Part shown: one piece after another, positions 19,409 through 28,635 of the stretch
Numbering within the stretch: position 1 is the first letter of the stretch
How the letters are laid out: each line of letters opens with the position of its first letter
Source: Fidelibacterota bacterium
GTDB taxonomy: Bacteria; Fidelibacterota; Fidelibacteria; Fidelibacterales; DSDE01
DNA length: 39,406 bases
Direction of reading: 5' to 3'
Assembly (NCBI GenBank): GCA_046735395.1
Contig: JBJKQR010000045.1
Coordinates: 1 to 39,406 of the forward strand
Made by a program: the position numbers and the translations under genes
Notes under the pieces: generated by a model
What the model was told of the DNA's origin: nothing
Databases searched by the model: none
The model's input: the letters and a program-made list of their open reading frames with translations, nothing else

Positions 19409-20011
19409 ATGGTTGAAAAACGGATTCTGTTTGGCGGCAGTTTCGATCCTGTTCATGTAGGCCATCTGCAGATTCTGGATGCGGTGCGCTCCCGCTTCAG
19501 TCCCTGCCTGATTGATGTCATGCCCGCGCATATCGCGCCCCACAAGCAGGATCAGACTCCGGGTGCCGACGGCCGTCACCGTCTGGCCATGCTTCACGAG
19601 CTCTTTGACGCCAGCCCGGATGTGAAGGTCAATGATTATGAACTTCGTCAGGGAGGCATCTCCTATACCATTGATACAGTGCGCCATCTGCAGACTGAAA
19701 CCGGAAGCGGCCCCGAAAACTTTTATATTCTGATCGGTGAGGACAATCTGACCATACTGAAATCCTGGAAATCGTGGGAAAGCTTGGTGGAATTGTGTAC
19801 ATTTCTGGTCATTCCGCGGGCTGTGAGCAATCGGGTGGAGCCTGCCCCGGAAATTCGTTCACACATTCAGCTGCTGGAGGGTCCCCTGATTCCCGTTTCA
19901 TCCTCCGAGATACGTCGTCGAATCCACGACGGATCCTATCTGGAACAGGCGCTCCACACATCCACAGTGGCCTATATCCGCAAACACGGACTCTACGGAA
20001 TCAATGACTGA
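19409..20011 (+). CDS. nadD: Nicotinate-nucleotide adenylyltransferase
   Basis: FGGSFDPVHVGH, SYTIDT, IGEDN...W, SSSEIR, YIRKHGLY; ATG 19409 follows GGAG. Confidence 0.93.
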   Translation: MVEKRILFGGSFDPVHVGHLQILDAVRSRFSPCLIDVMPAHIAPHKQDQTPGADGRHRLAMLHELFDASPDVKVNDYELRQGGISYTIDTVRHLQTETGSGPENFYILIGEDNLTILKSWKSWESLVELCTFLVIPRAVSNRVEPAPEIRSHIQLLEGPLIPVSSSEIRRRIHDGSYLEQALHTSTVAYIRKHGLYGIND

Positions 20012-20942
20012 ACTGCTGCAACAGCTTCTCATCTTCATCATCGGCATCTTTGCCCTGTACTACGGCGCAGAGTATCTGGTCCGCGGCGGCGCAAATATCG
20101 CACGGATCCTGAAAATGAATCCCATGGTTATCGGGTTGACCATTGTTGCCTTCGGAACCTCCATGCCTGAATTTCTCGTGGGTATCTCCGCATCGATGAA
20201 GGGGCAGAATGACATTGCCATCGGTAATGTGGTCGGCAGCAATATTGCAAATATCGCTCTGATTCTCGGCCTGTCGGCCCTGGTTTCTCCGCTCATTATT
20301 CATTATCGGAATGTGAAGAAGGAGCTGATCTTTCTTCTGCTCACCTCTCTGCTGTTCGTGATTTTTCTCATCGGTGGCGTAAGCTTCGCGGAAGGACTGA
20401 TTCTGCTGGCCATCATTTTCGCCTACACCATTTTTCTTATCAGACATCCGGGAGCGCATCCGCTGCCGGAGGATCTGCCCGATGTGGACACCTCGGTTCT
20501 GAAGAACATCTTTTTTATCGTGATCGGGCTTGCAGGGTTGATCCTGGGATCGGATTTTCTCGTGGAGAGCGCGGTGTATATCGCACGGGCCATGGGCGTG
20601 CCGGAAATGGTTATCGGTATGAGTATCGTGGCCGTGGGAACGTCTCTGCCCGAACTGGCCGCATCGGTGGTGGCATCGCTGCGGAAACAGATGGATCTCT
20701 CCATCGGGAATGTCATCGGATCAAATATTTTCAATATGCTGTTTGTGATCGGAGGTATCAGCCTGGTTCGGCCGCTTCCGGTGGATACAAAAATCTTTCA
20801 CCTGGAAATCCCCGTTATGCTGGCCTATGTGCTGGTGCTTTTCCCGCTCATCCTTCTGAGCGGAGGAATCCGGCGCCGGCATGGCATTCTGCTGCTCGGG
20901 AGTTACATTCTTTTCAATCTCTATCTGTATTATGCCAGCTGA
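20004..20942 (+). CDS. Calcium/sodium antiporter (YrbG/CaCA family)
   Basis: Two alpha repeats: GTSMPE...GNVVGSNIAN and GTSLPE...GNVIGSNIFN. Confidence 0.93.
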   Translation: MTELLQQLLIFIIGIFALYYGAEYLVRGGANIARILKMNPMVIGLTIVAFGTSMPEFLVGISASMKGQNDIAIGNVVGSNIANIALILGLSALVSPLIIHYRNVKKELIFLLLTSLLFVIFLIGGVSFAEGLILLAIIFAYTIFLIRHPGAHPLPEDLPDVDTSVLKNIFFIVIGLAGLILGSDFLVESAVYIARAMGVPEMVIGMSIVAVGTSLPELAASVVASLRKQMDLSIGNVIGSNIFNMLFVIGGISLVRPLPVDTKIFHLEIPVMLAYVLVLFPLILLSGGIRRRHGILLLGSYILFNLYLYYAS

Positions 20943-21699
20943 CATCAGGCCAGGGGACCGGATTATCCCCGTTGAACTTTATACCGAATCCGCCAGGATT
21001 TACGACGCCATGATGGCGGACGTGGATTATGAAAGCTGGTGTAATTATTTGCTGGATGTGATGGAGGAGGAGGAGCTGCTGCCCGAATCACTCTGTGATA
21101 TGAGCTGCGGCACCGGCTTAGTGCTGCGGGAATTTCGCGGGGCCATACCCAAATTGGTCGGCTGTGACAGCAGTCAGGCCATGCTGGACGTTTTTCAGCG
21201 TAACTATCCGGATATTCCCGTGAAGCTGGGCGATATGAACCAGCTGCCCTTCGAGGAGGACTTCGACCTCTATCTGAATGTCCACGACGCGCTGAATTAT
21301 CTGCCTACGCAGGAGGCGCTGGAGGACCATCTGAAGGGAATGGCAAAACGTCTGAAGCCGGGTGCGGCCTACTTCTTTGATTTTGCCCTGCCGCCCCTGA
21401 TTCAGGGCTATTTTGCCGACACGCATGAAAGCGGAGATGCAGACGGATATCACTTTCTCAGGAAGAATCTCTGGGACGCGGAAACGAGGGAATGTCTGAC
21501 CCAGATCTATATCACCCGTCCCGGTGACAGGCATACAATATATCTTGAAAAGCACAGGCAGAAGATTTATACTTGGGGAGAGATTGAGGAGACCTTTTCC
21601 CATGTTCAGGGTGTACGGATCAAAGCCTATCGTGAATTCAGTTTCGAAGCGGCGGATGAGACCGTGGAACGGATACTGGTGGTGATGAAACATGATTAG
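20932..21699 (+). CDS. Class I SAM-dependent methyltransferase
   Basis: ARIYDAMMADVDY, DMSCGTG, DS..ML, GDM, DALNYL. Start placed at ATG 20932, overlapping the upstream stop. Confidence 0.85.
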   Translation: MPADIRPGDRIIPVELYTESARIYDAMMADVDYESWCNYLLDVMEEEELLPESLCDMSCGTGLVLREFRGAIPKLVGCDSSQAMLDVFQRNYPDIPVKLGDMNQLPFEEDFDLYLNVHDALNYLPTQEALEDHLKGMAKRLKPGAAYFFDFALPPLIQGYFADTHESGDADGYHFLRKNLWDAETRECLTQIYITRPGDRHTIYLEKHRQKIYTWGEIEETFSHVQGVRIKAYREFSFEAADETVERILVVMKHD

Positions 21700-22354
21700 A
21701 TTTTCAGATGTGACCATTAATTACGGAAAAACGGAGGGCTTGCGCCAGGTGACCACCGAATTCCGTGAAAAACAGTTTACCCTGCTCCTCGGCCCGACCG
21801 GAAGCGGAAAATCCACACTGCTGCGCATGATTTACATGGATCTGTTTCCCTCATCCGGAACGGTCTTTGTGGAGTCCTGGAGCAGCCGCAACATCCGGCC
21901 CCGGCAGATACAGAAGCTGAGGCGGCGTGTGGGCATTATTTTTCAGGATTTCCGCCTCATCGAAAATCTGAATGTATTCGAAAATGTGGCTCTTCCGCTG
22001 GTGATGCTCGGAAAGAAACGGGCCGAAATCCGGGAACGGGTGGTGGCGATTCTGGATGAAGTGGGGCTGCTGCACCGGGCGCGGCATCTTGCCGGCAACC
22101 TGAGCGGCGGCGAGCAGCAGCGAACGGCTATTGCCCGGGCAGTTGTGAAGGATCCCTTCATTGTGCTGGCTGATGAACCGACCGGAAACCTGGATCCCGA
22201 GTCTGCGGAAGTGGTTTTCGCGCTTCTCGAAAAAATCAACGGACTGGGAACCGCCGTTATCATGGCGACCCATAATTATGGACTGATTGAAGGCAGTGAG
22301 CACCGAAGGCTGATTCTGGAAGAAGGTCAGATCAAGGACGACAATGCGGATTAA
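21692..22354 (+). CDS. ftsE: Cell division ATP-binding protein FtsE
   Basis: GPTGSGKS, LRRRVGIIFQDFRL, LSGGEQQR, LADEPTGNLD, MATH; adjacent to ftsX. Confidence 0.92.
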   Translation: MIRFSDVTINYGKTEGLRQVTTEFREKQFTLLLGPTGSGKSTLLRMIYMDLFPSSGTVFVESWSSRNIRPRQIQKLRRRVGIIFQDFRLIENLNVFENVALPLVMLGKKRAEIRERVVAILDEVGLLHRARHLAGNLSGGEQQRTAIARAVVKDPFIVLADEPTGNLDPESAEVVFALLEKINGLGTAVIMATHNYGLIEGSEHRRLILEEGQIKDDNAD

Positions 22355-23216
22355 GTTTATCCTGAAACAGACACTCATGAATCTCTGGACGGCCAAGACG
22401 CCCACCTTCGGAGCCATTATCAGTATTTCCATCAGCCTTGCCATTCTTCTGGGCATGGCGGAGCTGGGTGTGAAAACGGCCCGCTCCTTTGATTTCTTTA
22501 AAAATAAATTTCAGATGGATGTGTTCCTGCTGCCCACCGTGACCCAGCAGCAGATTCTGGATATTCAGGACGAGCTGGCTTCCATTCACCAGATCCGTCT
22601 GATTCATTTTGTCAGTAAAAAGGATGCGGCCAAGAAATTCCAGCGGGAATTCGGCGAGGATATTTACGAAATTCTGGATGACAACCCGCTTCCGCCGTCA
22701 TTTGAGATCAAATTCTATCGGAAAATGACTCACCCGGTCATCATCGAGAACGTGGCCAAGCGGATCAAGGAACTGGATGGCGTGGATGATGTGAAATACC
22801 ATCGCGAGGTTCTGCTGATGATTGAAAAATATTTCCGCATCATCATGCTGACGGGCGGGATGATCGCCTTCATAATGATCGTGGCCATGAATATTCTGAT
22901 CCGGAATACCATCCGTCTTTCCGTGTATTCCCGGGTGCCGCAGATCCGCATTCTCAAGCTGATGGGAGCGGCAAATTTCTTCATCCGCGTTCCCTACCTG
23001 CTGGAGGGATTTATTGAAGGGCTGCTGGGCGGTGCAAGCGGTGCCTTCATCCTGTATGTGCTGTTCAAGGGAATCAGCTACAGCAGTTACATGTTTTTCA
23101 ATGTCAGGTATCAGGCCAGCCCGGCCGTGCTCTGGGCCGCGGTGATCCTGGGTATCCTGATGGGCGTGAGCAGCAGCGGAAACGCGGTTCGGCGTTTCCT
23201 TAAAACCATAAAATAA
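22344..23216 (+). CDS. ftsX: Cell division permease FtsX
   Basis: Four-TM topology with FVSK.DA, NPLP.SF, NTIRLSVYSR..I.I.KLMGA...FIRVPYLLEG. Confidence 0.92.
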   Translation: MRIKFILKQTLMNLWTAKTPTFGAIISISISLAILLGMAELGVKTARSFDFFKNKFQMDVFLLPTVTQQQILDIQDELASIHQIRLIHFVSKKDAAKKFQREFGEDIYEILDDNPLPPSFEIKFYRKMTHPVIIENVAKRIKELDGVDDVKYHREVLLMIEKYFRIIMLTGGMIAFIMIVAMNILIRNTIRLSVYSRVPQIRILKLMGAANFFIRVPYLLEGFIEGLLGGASGAFILYVLFKGISYSSYMFFNVRYQASPAVLWAAVILGILMGVSSSGNAVRRFLKTIK

Positions 23217-23227
23217 TACGGTGAACC

Positions 23228-23749
23228 GTGCCTGTCAATGTGGATTATTCCGATGTGGATTACAATCTGGCATCGGTTCTGATCATCGGTTCCGCTGACT
23301 TCGGCTGTGTAGATCTGCAGCGGCATCTGAGCTCGGATTACCCGGATGTTCAGCTGGAGATTCTGAGGACAGACAGCGGGGAAGGGACGCCGGCGGAAAT
23401 TCTGTCCGCGGCGGGAGCATTGGCTACGACGCATTTTACGCACCTGTTTCTGCTTTTTGAACCTGGCAGTTCTGAAGAGGAGAAGGCCTGGCAGGCATGT
23501 TTCGAGACGCTGCTGGATATGGCTGCAGCGATGGGGAGTACGATTGTCTTCATGCGGAAAGCGGCTGAAGAACCGAAATACCGTGTCCGTTTCTCTGAAT
23601 ATCTTGACAATTATCTGACGCCGGCCTATGAGGTTCTGGATGATCTGGGGCCCGAGGCAACGGTGGCCTGCGGACCGGCCCTGGCCGCATTGGCCATGGG
23701 GCACGAACAGGAATCACTGCGCCTGTCAAAGATCCATTCACAGTATTGA
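23228..23749 (+). CDS. Hypothetical protein (acidic, possible Rossmann-like alpha/beta fold)
   Basis: Fills the ftsX-dusB gap in operon orientation; VLIIGS strand; no family recognised. Confidence 0.55.
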   Translation: MPVNVDYSDVDYNLASVLIIGSADFGCVDLQRHLSSDYPDVQLEILRTDSGEGTPAEILSAAGALATTHFTHLFLLFEPGSSEEEKAWQACFETLLDMAAAMGSTIVFMRKAAEEPKYRVRFSEYLDNYLTPAYEVLDDLGPEATVACGPALAALAMGHEQESLRLSKIHSQY

Positions 23750-23770
23750 AACATATAGAAAAATCCATTC

Positions 23771-24775
23771 ATGACGAACTTCGGAAAAAACGATCTGTTT
23801 ATTGATGAATTGAAAATATCGCCACCGGTTATGCTTGCGCCCATGGCGGGCGTGAGCGACAGGCCTTTCCGCATTCTATGCAAGGAAATGGGAATGGGAA
23901 TGTGCTATACGGAATTTGTCTCTTCGGAAGGCATTATCCGGGATAACGAAAAGACGCGTGAATACATGAAATTCACGGAAGCGGAACGGCCCATCGGCAT
24001 TCAGATATTCGGTGCCGATCCACAGGTCATGGCTGAAGCGGCACGACGTGTGGAAAAGGATTTTCGGCCTGATCTGATAGATCTGAATTACGGCTGTCCG
24101 GTGCCCAAAGTGGTGAAAAAGGGAGCCGGGGCGGCCATGCTGAAAGATATGGACCGCATGGTGAGAGTTGCCGAGGCTGTTGTCAAAGCCGTGTCACTGC
24201 CGGTGACGGTCAAGATGCGCAGCGGATGGAAGGCGTCACAGATTATCAGCATGGAGGCCGCGCGACGGCTCGAAGGCGTGGGTGTCCGGGCAATCACGCT
24301 TCATCCGCGTACAGCTGAAATGAAATATACCGGCCATTCAGACTGGAATGAAATTACCCGGGTTCGTCAGGCGGTTTCCATTCCGGTGATCGGAAACGGG
24401 GATATTCATAACCGGGATGATGCGGCATCAATGATGAGTGAGACCGGCTGCGATGCGGTAATGGTGGGACGCGCCGCCCTGGGCAACCCCTGGATCTTCC
24501 GCGATCTGGCGGCACTGTTCAGTGGAGCGGATCTCCCGGCCGGGCCCACCATCGAAGAACGGCTTGACATGATACTGCGGCATCTGTCCATGATGCAGGA
24601 GGATTACGGGAATCAGGCCTACAAGATTTTTAAAAGTCACTATGCCTGGTACAGTGCAGGTTTTCCCGGATCGGCCCGAGTTCGGTCCCAGGTGAATCAG
24701 AGCAGTTCTGCCGACGAAATGCGCAATTTGATCACGGCGTATTTTCAGACTCTAAATGATGAAATTCAGGCCTGA
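23771..24775 (+). CDS. dusB: tRNA-dihydrouridine synthase DusB
   Basis: LAPMAGVSD.PFR, DLNYGCP, VTVKMR, LHPRT, GNGDI, MVGRAALGNPW. Confidence 0.95.
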   Translation: MTNFGKNDLFIDELKISPPVMLAPMAGVSDRPFRILCKEMGMGMCYTEFVSSEGIIRDNEKTREYMKFTEAERPIGIQIFGADPQVMAEAARRVEKDFRPDLIDLNYGCPVPKVVKKGAGAAMLKDMDRMVRVAEAVVKAVSLPVTVKMRSGWKASQIISMEAARRLEGVGVRAITLHPRTAEMKYTGHSDWNEITRVRQAVSIPVIGNGDIHNRDDAASMMSETGCDAVMVGRAALGNPWIFRDLAALFSGADLPAGPTIEERLDMILRHLSMMQEDYGNQAYKIFKSHYAWYSAGFPGSARVRSQVNQSSSADEMRNLITAYFQTLNDEIQA

Positions 24776-24838
24776 ACAGTATTGAAAACAGGCGCTGAAA
24801 CTTTTTTTGTATAAAATTGTAAAAAAAGGCAAAGCTAT

Positions 24839-24867
24839 TTGAAAAGCGGAGCATTAAACCCTATATT
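24839..24867 (+). promoter_or_regulatory. Putative promoter of the sigma factor gene (TTG-N20-TATATT)
   Basis: TTG 24839-24841, TATATT 24862-24867 in an AT-rich intergenic region. Confidence 0.45.
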
Positions 24868-24968
24868 CTAAATCGTGGAAGTAGTAAGACGCATTCGGGC
24901 AAAATCGCGGTTGATATAGTGAGCTGAAAACCCTACATTACGGGGCTGTGCATAAAGACAGGAGTTGT

Positions 24969-25850
24969 ATGGCAGAAAAAGCGAAAAAGAAGAAGACAAA
25001 GAAGAAACAACGTTCAATCAGTGACGCCAACAGGGCGTTAAGCAAGTATTTGGATGAGATAGGGAATTTTGAGCCCTTGACACCGGCAGAAGAAATTGAT
25101 CTGGCCGGAAAAGTGAAACAGGGAGACCGACAGGCCCTGAAAAAACTCTGTGAAGCAAATCTTCGTTTTGTCGTGTCTGTTGCCAAGGATTATCAGGGAC
25201 AGGGACTTCCGTTGACGGATCTGATCAACGAAGGAAACCTCGGCCTCATCAAGGCGGCAGAACGGTTTGACGAAACACGTGGATTCAAGTTTATTTCCTA
25301 TGCAGTCTGGTGGATACGGCAGTCCATCCTGCAGGCTCTGGCTGAACACAGCCGGATCGTTCGCCTGCCATTGAACCGGGTGGGAACCATATCCAAGATC
25401 ACCAAGGCTGCCGAGGAGCTGGAAGGCAATTCGGAACGAACGCCCAATGAGGACGAGATCGCGGAAAAGCTGGGTATCCGTACCTACGAAGTATCGGATG
25501 CAGTGCGGATTTCGCGGCGGCATCATTCTCTGGACGCGCCTTTCCGGGATGGAGAAAAAAATTCACTCATCGACATCATTGAGGATGACGGACAGGCACC
25601 GCCGGATAATCCCCTGATGGAAAAATCCCTGCAGTCGGAAATTGCAGCTGCACTGGATACGCTGAAGGACCGGGAGCGGGATGTGATCAAGATGTATTTC
25701 GGGATTGACCGCGAATATGCCCTGACACTCAACGAAATCGGAGAGGAATTCAATCTGACGCGCGAACGCGTTCGTCAGATCAAGGAAAAAGCCATCCGCA
25801 GACTGAGACATAAATCACGAAGCAGAAAACTCAGATCTTATCTGGGTTGA
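24969..25850 (+). CDS. rpoD: RNA polymerase sigma factor, RpoD/SigA family (short FCB type, no region 1.1)
   Basis: [58 protein letters not shown] 24969 after AGGAG. Confidence 0.88.
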   Translation: MAEKAKKKKTKKKQRSISDANRALSKYLDEIGNFEPLTPAEEIDLAGKVKQGDRQALKKLCEANLRFVVSVAKDYQGQGLPLTDLINEGNLGLIKAAERFDETRGFKFISYAVWWIRQSILQALAEHSRIVRLPLNRVGTISKITKAAEELEGNSERTPNEDEIAEKLGIRTYEVSDAVRISRRHHSLDAPFRDGEKNSLIDIIEDDGQAPPDNPLMEKSLQSEIAAALDTLKDRERDVIKMYFGIDREYALTLNEIGEEFNLTRERVRQIKEKAIRRLRHKSRSRKLRSYLG

Positions 25851-25887
25851 CGATAAAAACAAAACAGAAAGGTGGTGAGACGATTTC

Positions 25888-26085
25888 ATGGTCCAGGTTA
25901 CAGTTCATAAAGACGAGCCTCTCGACCGTGCGCTAAGACGCTTTAAGAAGAAATTCGAAAAAGCCGGCATCATGCGTGATATCAATAAGAATTCTTATTA
26001 TATCAAGCCGAGCCAGGATAAACGTATCCGTCGGGCAAAGGCTGAACGGCGCATGCGTCGAATCGAAATTTTGAAGAAAAGATAA
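25888..26085 (+). CDS. rpsU: 30S ribosomal protein S21
   Basis: EPLDRALRRFKK, YYIKPS, basic C-terminus. Confidence 0.95.
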   Translation: MVQVTVHKDEPLDRALRRFKKKFEKAGIMRDINKNSYYIKPSQDKRIRRAKAERRMRRIEILKKR

Positions 26086-26106
26086 CTTAGCGATGCGTTT
26101 AACCTG

Positions 26107-26134
26107 AAGTCCAGTTTCGACTGGACTTTTTTTT
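26107..26134 (+). terminator. Rho-independent terminator after rpsU
   Basis: Perfect 9-bp stem AAGTCCAGT/ACTGGACTT, TTCG loop, T tract to 26134. Confidence 0.9.
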
Positions 26135-26146
26135 ATGGAGATATAA

Positions 26147-27517
26147 ATGCAGCTGATCGAAACGATTTCAGGAATCCGGGGCGTCGTGGGCAGCGGCCTC
26201 ACGCCGGAACGTGTCATTGGCTACTGCGCGGCGCTGGCAAAGATGGGACAGGTACAGAAACTGGTCATCGGCCGGGACAGCCGGCCTTCCGGTGAAACGC
26301 TCAGTGATCTGGCGGCCCGTGCTCTGAGCTGGGCAGGTATCGAAGTGGTGGATCTGGGCATCGTGCCCACTCCCACTGTTCAGCTGATGGTGGAAGATCT
26401 TAACGCCGATGCCGGGATTGCCGTGACGGCCAGTCACAATCCCTTTCCCTGGAATGGCCTGAAATTCATTGACCGCAGCGGCAGATTTTTTAATGCCGCC
26501 CAGATGAAGCAGCTGCTGGATCTGAAAGGGGAGAACAGCCGGCCCGAATATCGTGGCAGCGGTGAATTTGCCCGGATAGAAAAATACGGCGCTGCGCTGA
26601 ATGACCATATTCGCAATGTTCTGGATATCCCCTGGATTGACGTGGAGCGCATCCGTGCCCGGAAATTCAAGGTGGTGGTGGATGCGGTGAACGGTGGCGC
26701 GTCCCTCTTTATTCCGGCGCTGTTGACGGAACTTGGCTGTGAGGTCGTTCCGCTGTACTGTGTGCCGGACGGACTGTTTCCCCATACGCCCGAACCCCTG
26801 CCGGCAAATCTGACGGATCTGCTGGAGGCAGTCGTGGCTCACAAGGCGGATCTGGGCATGGCCATTGATCCGGACGGAGACCGTCTGGCCATCTGTGATG
26901 AAAACGGCCGCTATCTATCCGAGGAATATACTCTGGTCATGGCGGTGAAAGCCGTTCTGAGCAGGGTTCGGGAAAAAGGCGCACTGGTGGTGACCAATCT
27001 GTCCACGACCCGCGCCGTGGATGATATGGCTGCCCTCTATGAGGCGAGAGTGATACGGACTGCCATCGGCGAAATCAATGTCAGCCAGACAATGGCTGAA
27101 CAGAAGGCCACAATCGGCGGTGAGGGAAACGGCGGAATCATTCTGCCTGACTCCCACCTGGGCCGGGACAGTCTGGTGGGCGCAGCCCTGGTGCTGCAGT
27201 TTCTGGTGGACGGCGGAGAGAGCCTGAGTACGCTTTATGATACACTTCCCCGGTACAAAATGTCGAAAAAGAAGATGGAACTCGGACAGCTGGATCCTGC
27301 AGATGTCATTCGCCGGCTGGAGGATCTTCATCAGCAGGATGACTGTGATATGACCGACGGCCTGAAAATCAGCCATGAAAAATCCTGGGTACATATTCGT
27401 AAATCGAATACGGAACCCATTATCCGTATCTACAGCGAAGCGCCGGATCAGGCGGCTGCCGATAAACTGGGCGACGGGATCATGACAGAGGTCCGGTCGA
27501 TGTATCCGGAGCTGTAA
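26147..27517 (+). CDS. glmM: Phosphoglucosamine mutase (alpha-D-phosphohexomutase family)
   Basis: ISGIRG, GRDSR.SG, TASHNP, DPDGDR, GGEGNGG, RKSNTEPIIRIYSEA. Confidence 0.85.
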   Translation: MQLIETISGIRGVVGSGLTPERVIGYCAALAKMGQVQKLVIGRDSRPSGETLSDLAARALSWAGIEVVDLGIVPTPTVQLMVEDLNADAGIAVTASHNPFPWNGLKFIDRSGRFFNAAQMKQLLDLKGENSRPEYRGSGEFARIEKYGAALNDHIRNVLDIPWIDVERIRARKFKVVVDAVNGGASLFIPALLTELGCEVVPLYCVPDGLFPHTPEPLPANLTDLLEAVVAHKADLGMAIDPDGDRLAICDENGRYLSEEYTLVMAVKAVLSRVREKGALVVTNLSTTRAVDDMAALYEARVIRTAIGEINVSQTMAEQKATIGGEGNGGIILPDSHLGRDSLVGAALVLQFLVDGGESLSTLYDTLPRYKMSKKKMELGQLDPADVIRRLEDLHQQDDCDMTDGLKISHEKSWVHIRKSNTEPIIRIYSEAPDQAAADKLGDGIMTEVRSMYPEL

Positions 27518-27518
27518 G

Positions 27519-27797
27519 ATGATATTGGCAAAAGTGATCGGCTCCATCGTCTCCACCATCAAGGATCCCCATTTTGAGGGACAGAAGCTGCTGATCGTAA
27601 AAAGTATCAGTCCGGACGGGGAATTTCTGAAGGAATCCGGTTTCCTGGCTATTGACAAGGCAAGCGCCGGAGTCGGAGATACGGTGCTGATAAACAGGGA
27701 GGGCAGCGGAGCCCGCCTGCTTCTGGATGACGACGGGATACCCGTGCAGTCGGTTATTGTTGGAATTGTTGACAAAATTGAGGTGAACCATGATTGA
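27519..27797 (+). CDS. Bacterial microcompartment vertex protein (BMC-P, EutN/CcmL family)
   Basis: M.LAKVIGSIVSTIK...G.KLLIV...AID...AGVGDTVL...GSGAR...IVGIVD; 92 aa. Confidence 0.92.
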   Translation: MILAKVIGSIVSTIKDPHFEGQKLLIVKSISPDGEFLKESGFLAIDKASAGVGDTVLINREGSGARLLLDDDGIPVQSVIVGIVDKIEVNHD

Positions 27798-28635
27798 TCG
27801 TTCCATGATTGAACAGATTGTTGATGGAATTCTGAAGGGAAAGGAATCGGCTGCCGTTCCTGAGGACAAAGCGGTACGGTCCTATAATGAACCCCTGGAT
27901 CTGAAGGATATAGACAATGGTGTGCGCGTGACACGCGACAGCGGCAGACAGGACACCCGGAAAGCGGTTGACAAGGAATTGGCAGCGCTGATTGATCATA
28001 CTCTGCTGAAACCGGATGCCCGGCTTCCCGAACTGGAAAAACTCTGCCAGGAGGCCATGGATTTCGGTTTTGCCTCGGTGTGTGTGAATTCAGCCCACGT
28101 CCCCTTCTGCTATGAAAAACTGCGTGCCTCCCGGGTTGCGCTGGCGTCCGTCATCGGTTTTCCTCTCGGGGCTGCCTCAACGGAAATCAAGCGAGTCGAA
28201 GCGGCCAAGGCCATTGCCGATGGCGCCGACGAACTGGATATGGTCATCAATATCGGCTGGCTCAAGTCCGGCCGGACTGAAGATGTGTACCGCGACATTC
28301 TGGCCGTGGTGAAGGCGGCTCACGGGAAAGTGGTGAAGGTTATTCTGGAAACGTCCCTGCTCAGCGATGAAGAAATTATTCAGGCCTGCGTCCTCGCCAA
28401 GGATGCGGGTGCCCATTTTGTAAAGACTTCCACCGGGTTCAGCACCGGCGGAGCCAAGGTCGAACACGTGGCACTGATGAGAAAAGTGGTGGGTAAAGCC
28501 ATGGGTGTGAAGGCCAGCGGCGGAGTCCGCAGCCGTGAAGATGCCCTGGCTATGATCAAGGCCGGTGCAAACCGTCTGGGAACCTCTTCCGGGATCGCCA
28601 TTGTCACCGGTGGAACAGGGAGCAGCTCCTATTGA
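27790..28635 (+). CDS. deoC: Deoxyribose-phosphate aldolase with N-terminal extension
   Basis: IDHTLLKP, VIGFPLGA, GADELDMVIN, KVILET, FVKTSTGF, VKASGG; about 60 extra N-terminal residues. Confidence 0.95.
   Translation: MIDRSMIEQIVDGILKGKESAAVPEDKAVRSYNEPLDLKDIDNGVRVTRDSGRQDTRKAVDKELAALIDHTLLKPDARLPELEKLCQEAMDFGFASVCVNSAHVPFCYEKLRASRVALASVIGFPLGAASTEIKRVEAAKAIADGADELDMVINIGWLKSGRTEDVYRDILAVVKAAHGKVVKVILETSLLSDEEIIQACVLAKDAGAHFVKTSTGFSTGGAKVEHVALMRKVVGKAMGVKASGGVRSREDALAMIKAGANRLGTSSGIAIVTGGTGSSSY

Noticed and set aside
24820..24860. AAAGGCAAA...GAAA segment resembling the start of a c-di-GMP-I riboswitch
   Set aside because: No GACGCAAAGC segment or paired stems; it overlaps a likely promoter.
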